IMG/VR virus record: IMGVR_UViG_3300041964_000099
Span: 32,001 to 96,000 of that record
From: a virus
Reading direction: 5' to 3' (one strand)
DNA length: 64,000 nucleotides
Under the pieces are notes generated by a model, which was not told the origin of the DNA, made no database searches, and saw only the letters and a list, made by a program, of their open reading frames with translations. A program made the translations under genes and the position numbers. Every line of letters starts with the position of its first letter. Positions within the stretch are counted from its first letter, which is position 1. This document shows, one piece after another, positions 63,511-64,000 of the stretch.

Positions 63511-64000
63511 TTATTGGTCTCCAGATTGACGGCTCAGCAAAGCTTCGATTTCAGATTTACGAAGCTTACAGGCTTGAGAAATGCCGTCGCGATCGTCTTT
63601 GGTAATGCAAAGATCGAGCCAATCTGGATCGCTTGCCTGGTCAATGATGTCCAGCGCTTCGCTCATTTCATAGTCTGCGCTAGTGCCAGTAATCCGCCCA
63701 CCTTCAGCAATTTGCGGCAGAATAATTCTGACGATGCCTCGCTTTTCAGCCGATGCAAAATAAGGCGACTTCTGCATCTCCAGATAAGCTTCTGTGCTGA
63801 CAATGTTTGCACCAGGAGCAAGAAACGGCACGATCGGATTCATTTCTACGCCTGGTTCAGCGACTTTGCCTTTCGCGCTTGCAGGCGACTCAACCGTAAC
63901 CGGGGTAGCAAACCGCATCGGGCCATTGCGCTTGGCAAGCGAGGGATTCAGGATGATCGTGACGTGAGTGTAGGCCGGGGTCGCGGGAGCAGTAGCGGGA
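63511..64000 (-). CDS. Hypothetical virion-module protein, 5' end outside the window
   Basis: The frame of ORF 63511-63918 stays open to the window edge (PATAPATPAYTHVTIILNPSLAKRNGPMRF...). Confidence 0.55.
   Translation of the reverse strand, partial: PATAPATPAYTHVTIILNPSLAKRNGPMRFATPVTVESPASAKGKVAEPGVEMNPIVPFLAPGANIVSTEAYLEMQKSPYFASAEKRGIVRIILPQIAEGGRITGTSADYEMSEALDIIDQASDPDWLDLCITKDDRDGISQACKLRKSEIEALLSRQSGDQ

Larger units (their letters stand above)
1..64000. mobile_element. Temperate cyanobacterial phage or phage-plasmid (partial; continues beyond both ends of the window)
   Basis: Tape measure, tail-fibre-like and head-completion genes; repressor/Cro-like switch; iteron-bearing initiator; ParA cassette; pervasive HIP1 sites; no host core genes; no integrase seen. 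Confidence 0.85.

Noticed and set aside
36233-64000. Contractile injection system (eCIS/tailocin)
   Set aside because: No sheath, baseplate J or VgrG/PAAR-like genes recognised; head-completion genes and a very long tape measure fit a siphovirus-like phage.

Overview
The whole 64 kb window looks like one temperate, siphovirus-like element from a cyanobacterial host. HIP1 (GCGATCGC) and its CGATCG core occur throughout, and no host housekeeping gene, rRNA, tRNA, CRISPR array or integrase was recognised. A ParA plus small-partner partition cassette with flanking centromere-like repeats, and a lambda-O-like initiator with four internal 21-bp iterons, suggest a phage-plasmid (inference). Layout: (1) 1-16.2 kb, a dense + strand array of small early/accessory genes, including an orphan adenine MTase, a PAPS-reductase-family gene and a DGQHR (DndB-like) gene; several genes are flanked by short direct repeats built on CGATCG. 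(2) 16.2-18.3 kb, a repressor/Cro-like divergent switch with operators and a sigma70-type promoter. (3) 18.3-24.7 kb, an unusual operon of membrane and proline-rich proteins, an FtsK/SpoIIIE-family ATPase and a Tat-signal lambda-R-like muralytic enzyme; this is the best candidate for an undescribed system (phage-encoded DNA transfer). (4) 24.7-34.1 kb, replication and accessory genes (2H phosphoesterase, initiator, ASCH-like, HNH). (5) 34.1-36.2 kb, a four-site inverted array and the par cassette. (6) 36.2-64 kb, a - strand virion module (head completion, several tail-fibre-like proteins, a 2540-aa tape measure, and a ~990-aa protein with two degenerate alpha/beta-hydrolase repeats), interrupted by a small + strand island. 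Several genes are broken by single-base indels, mostly in homopolymers, which most likely are consensus-sequence errors. All family assignments come from motifs recognised by eye; no database search was run.
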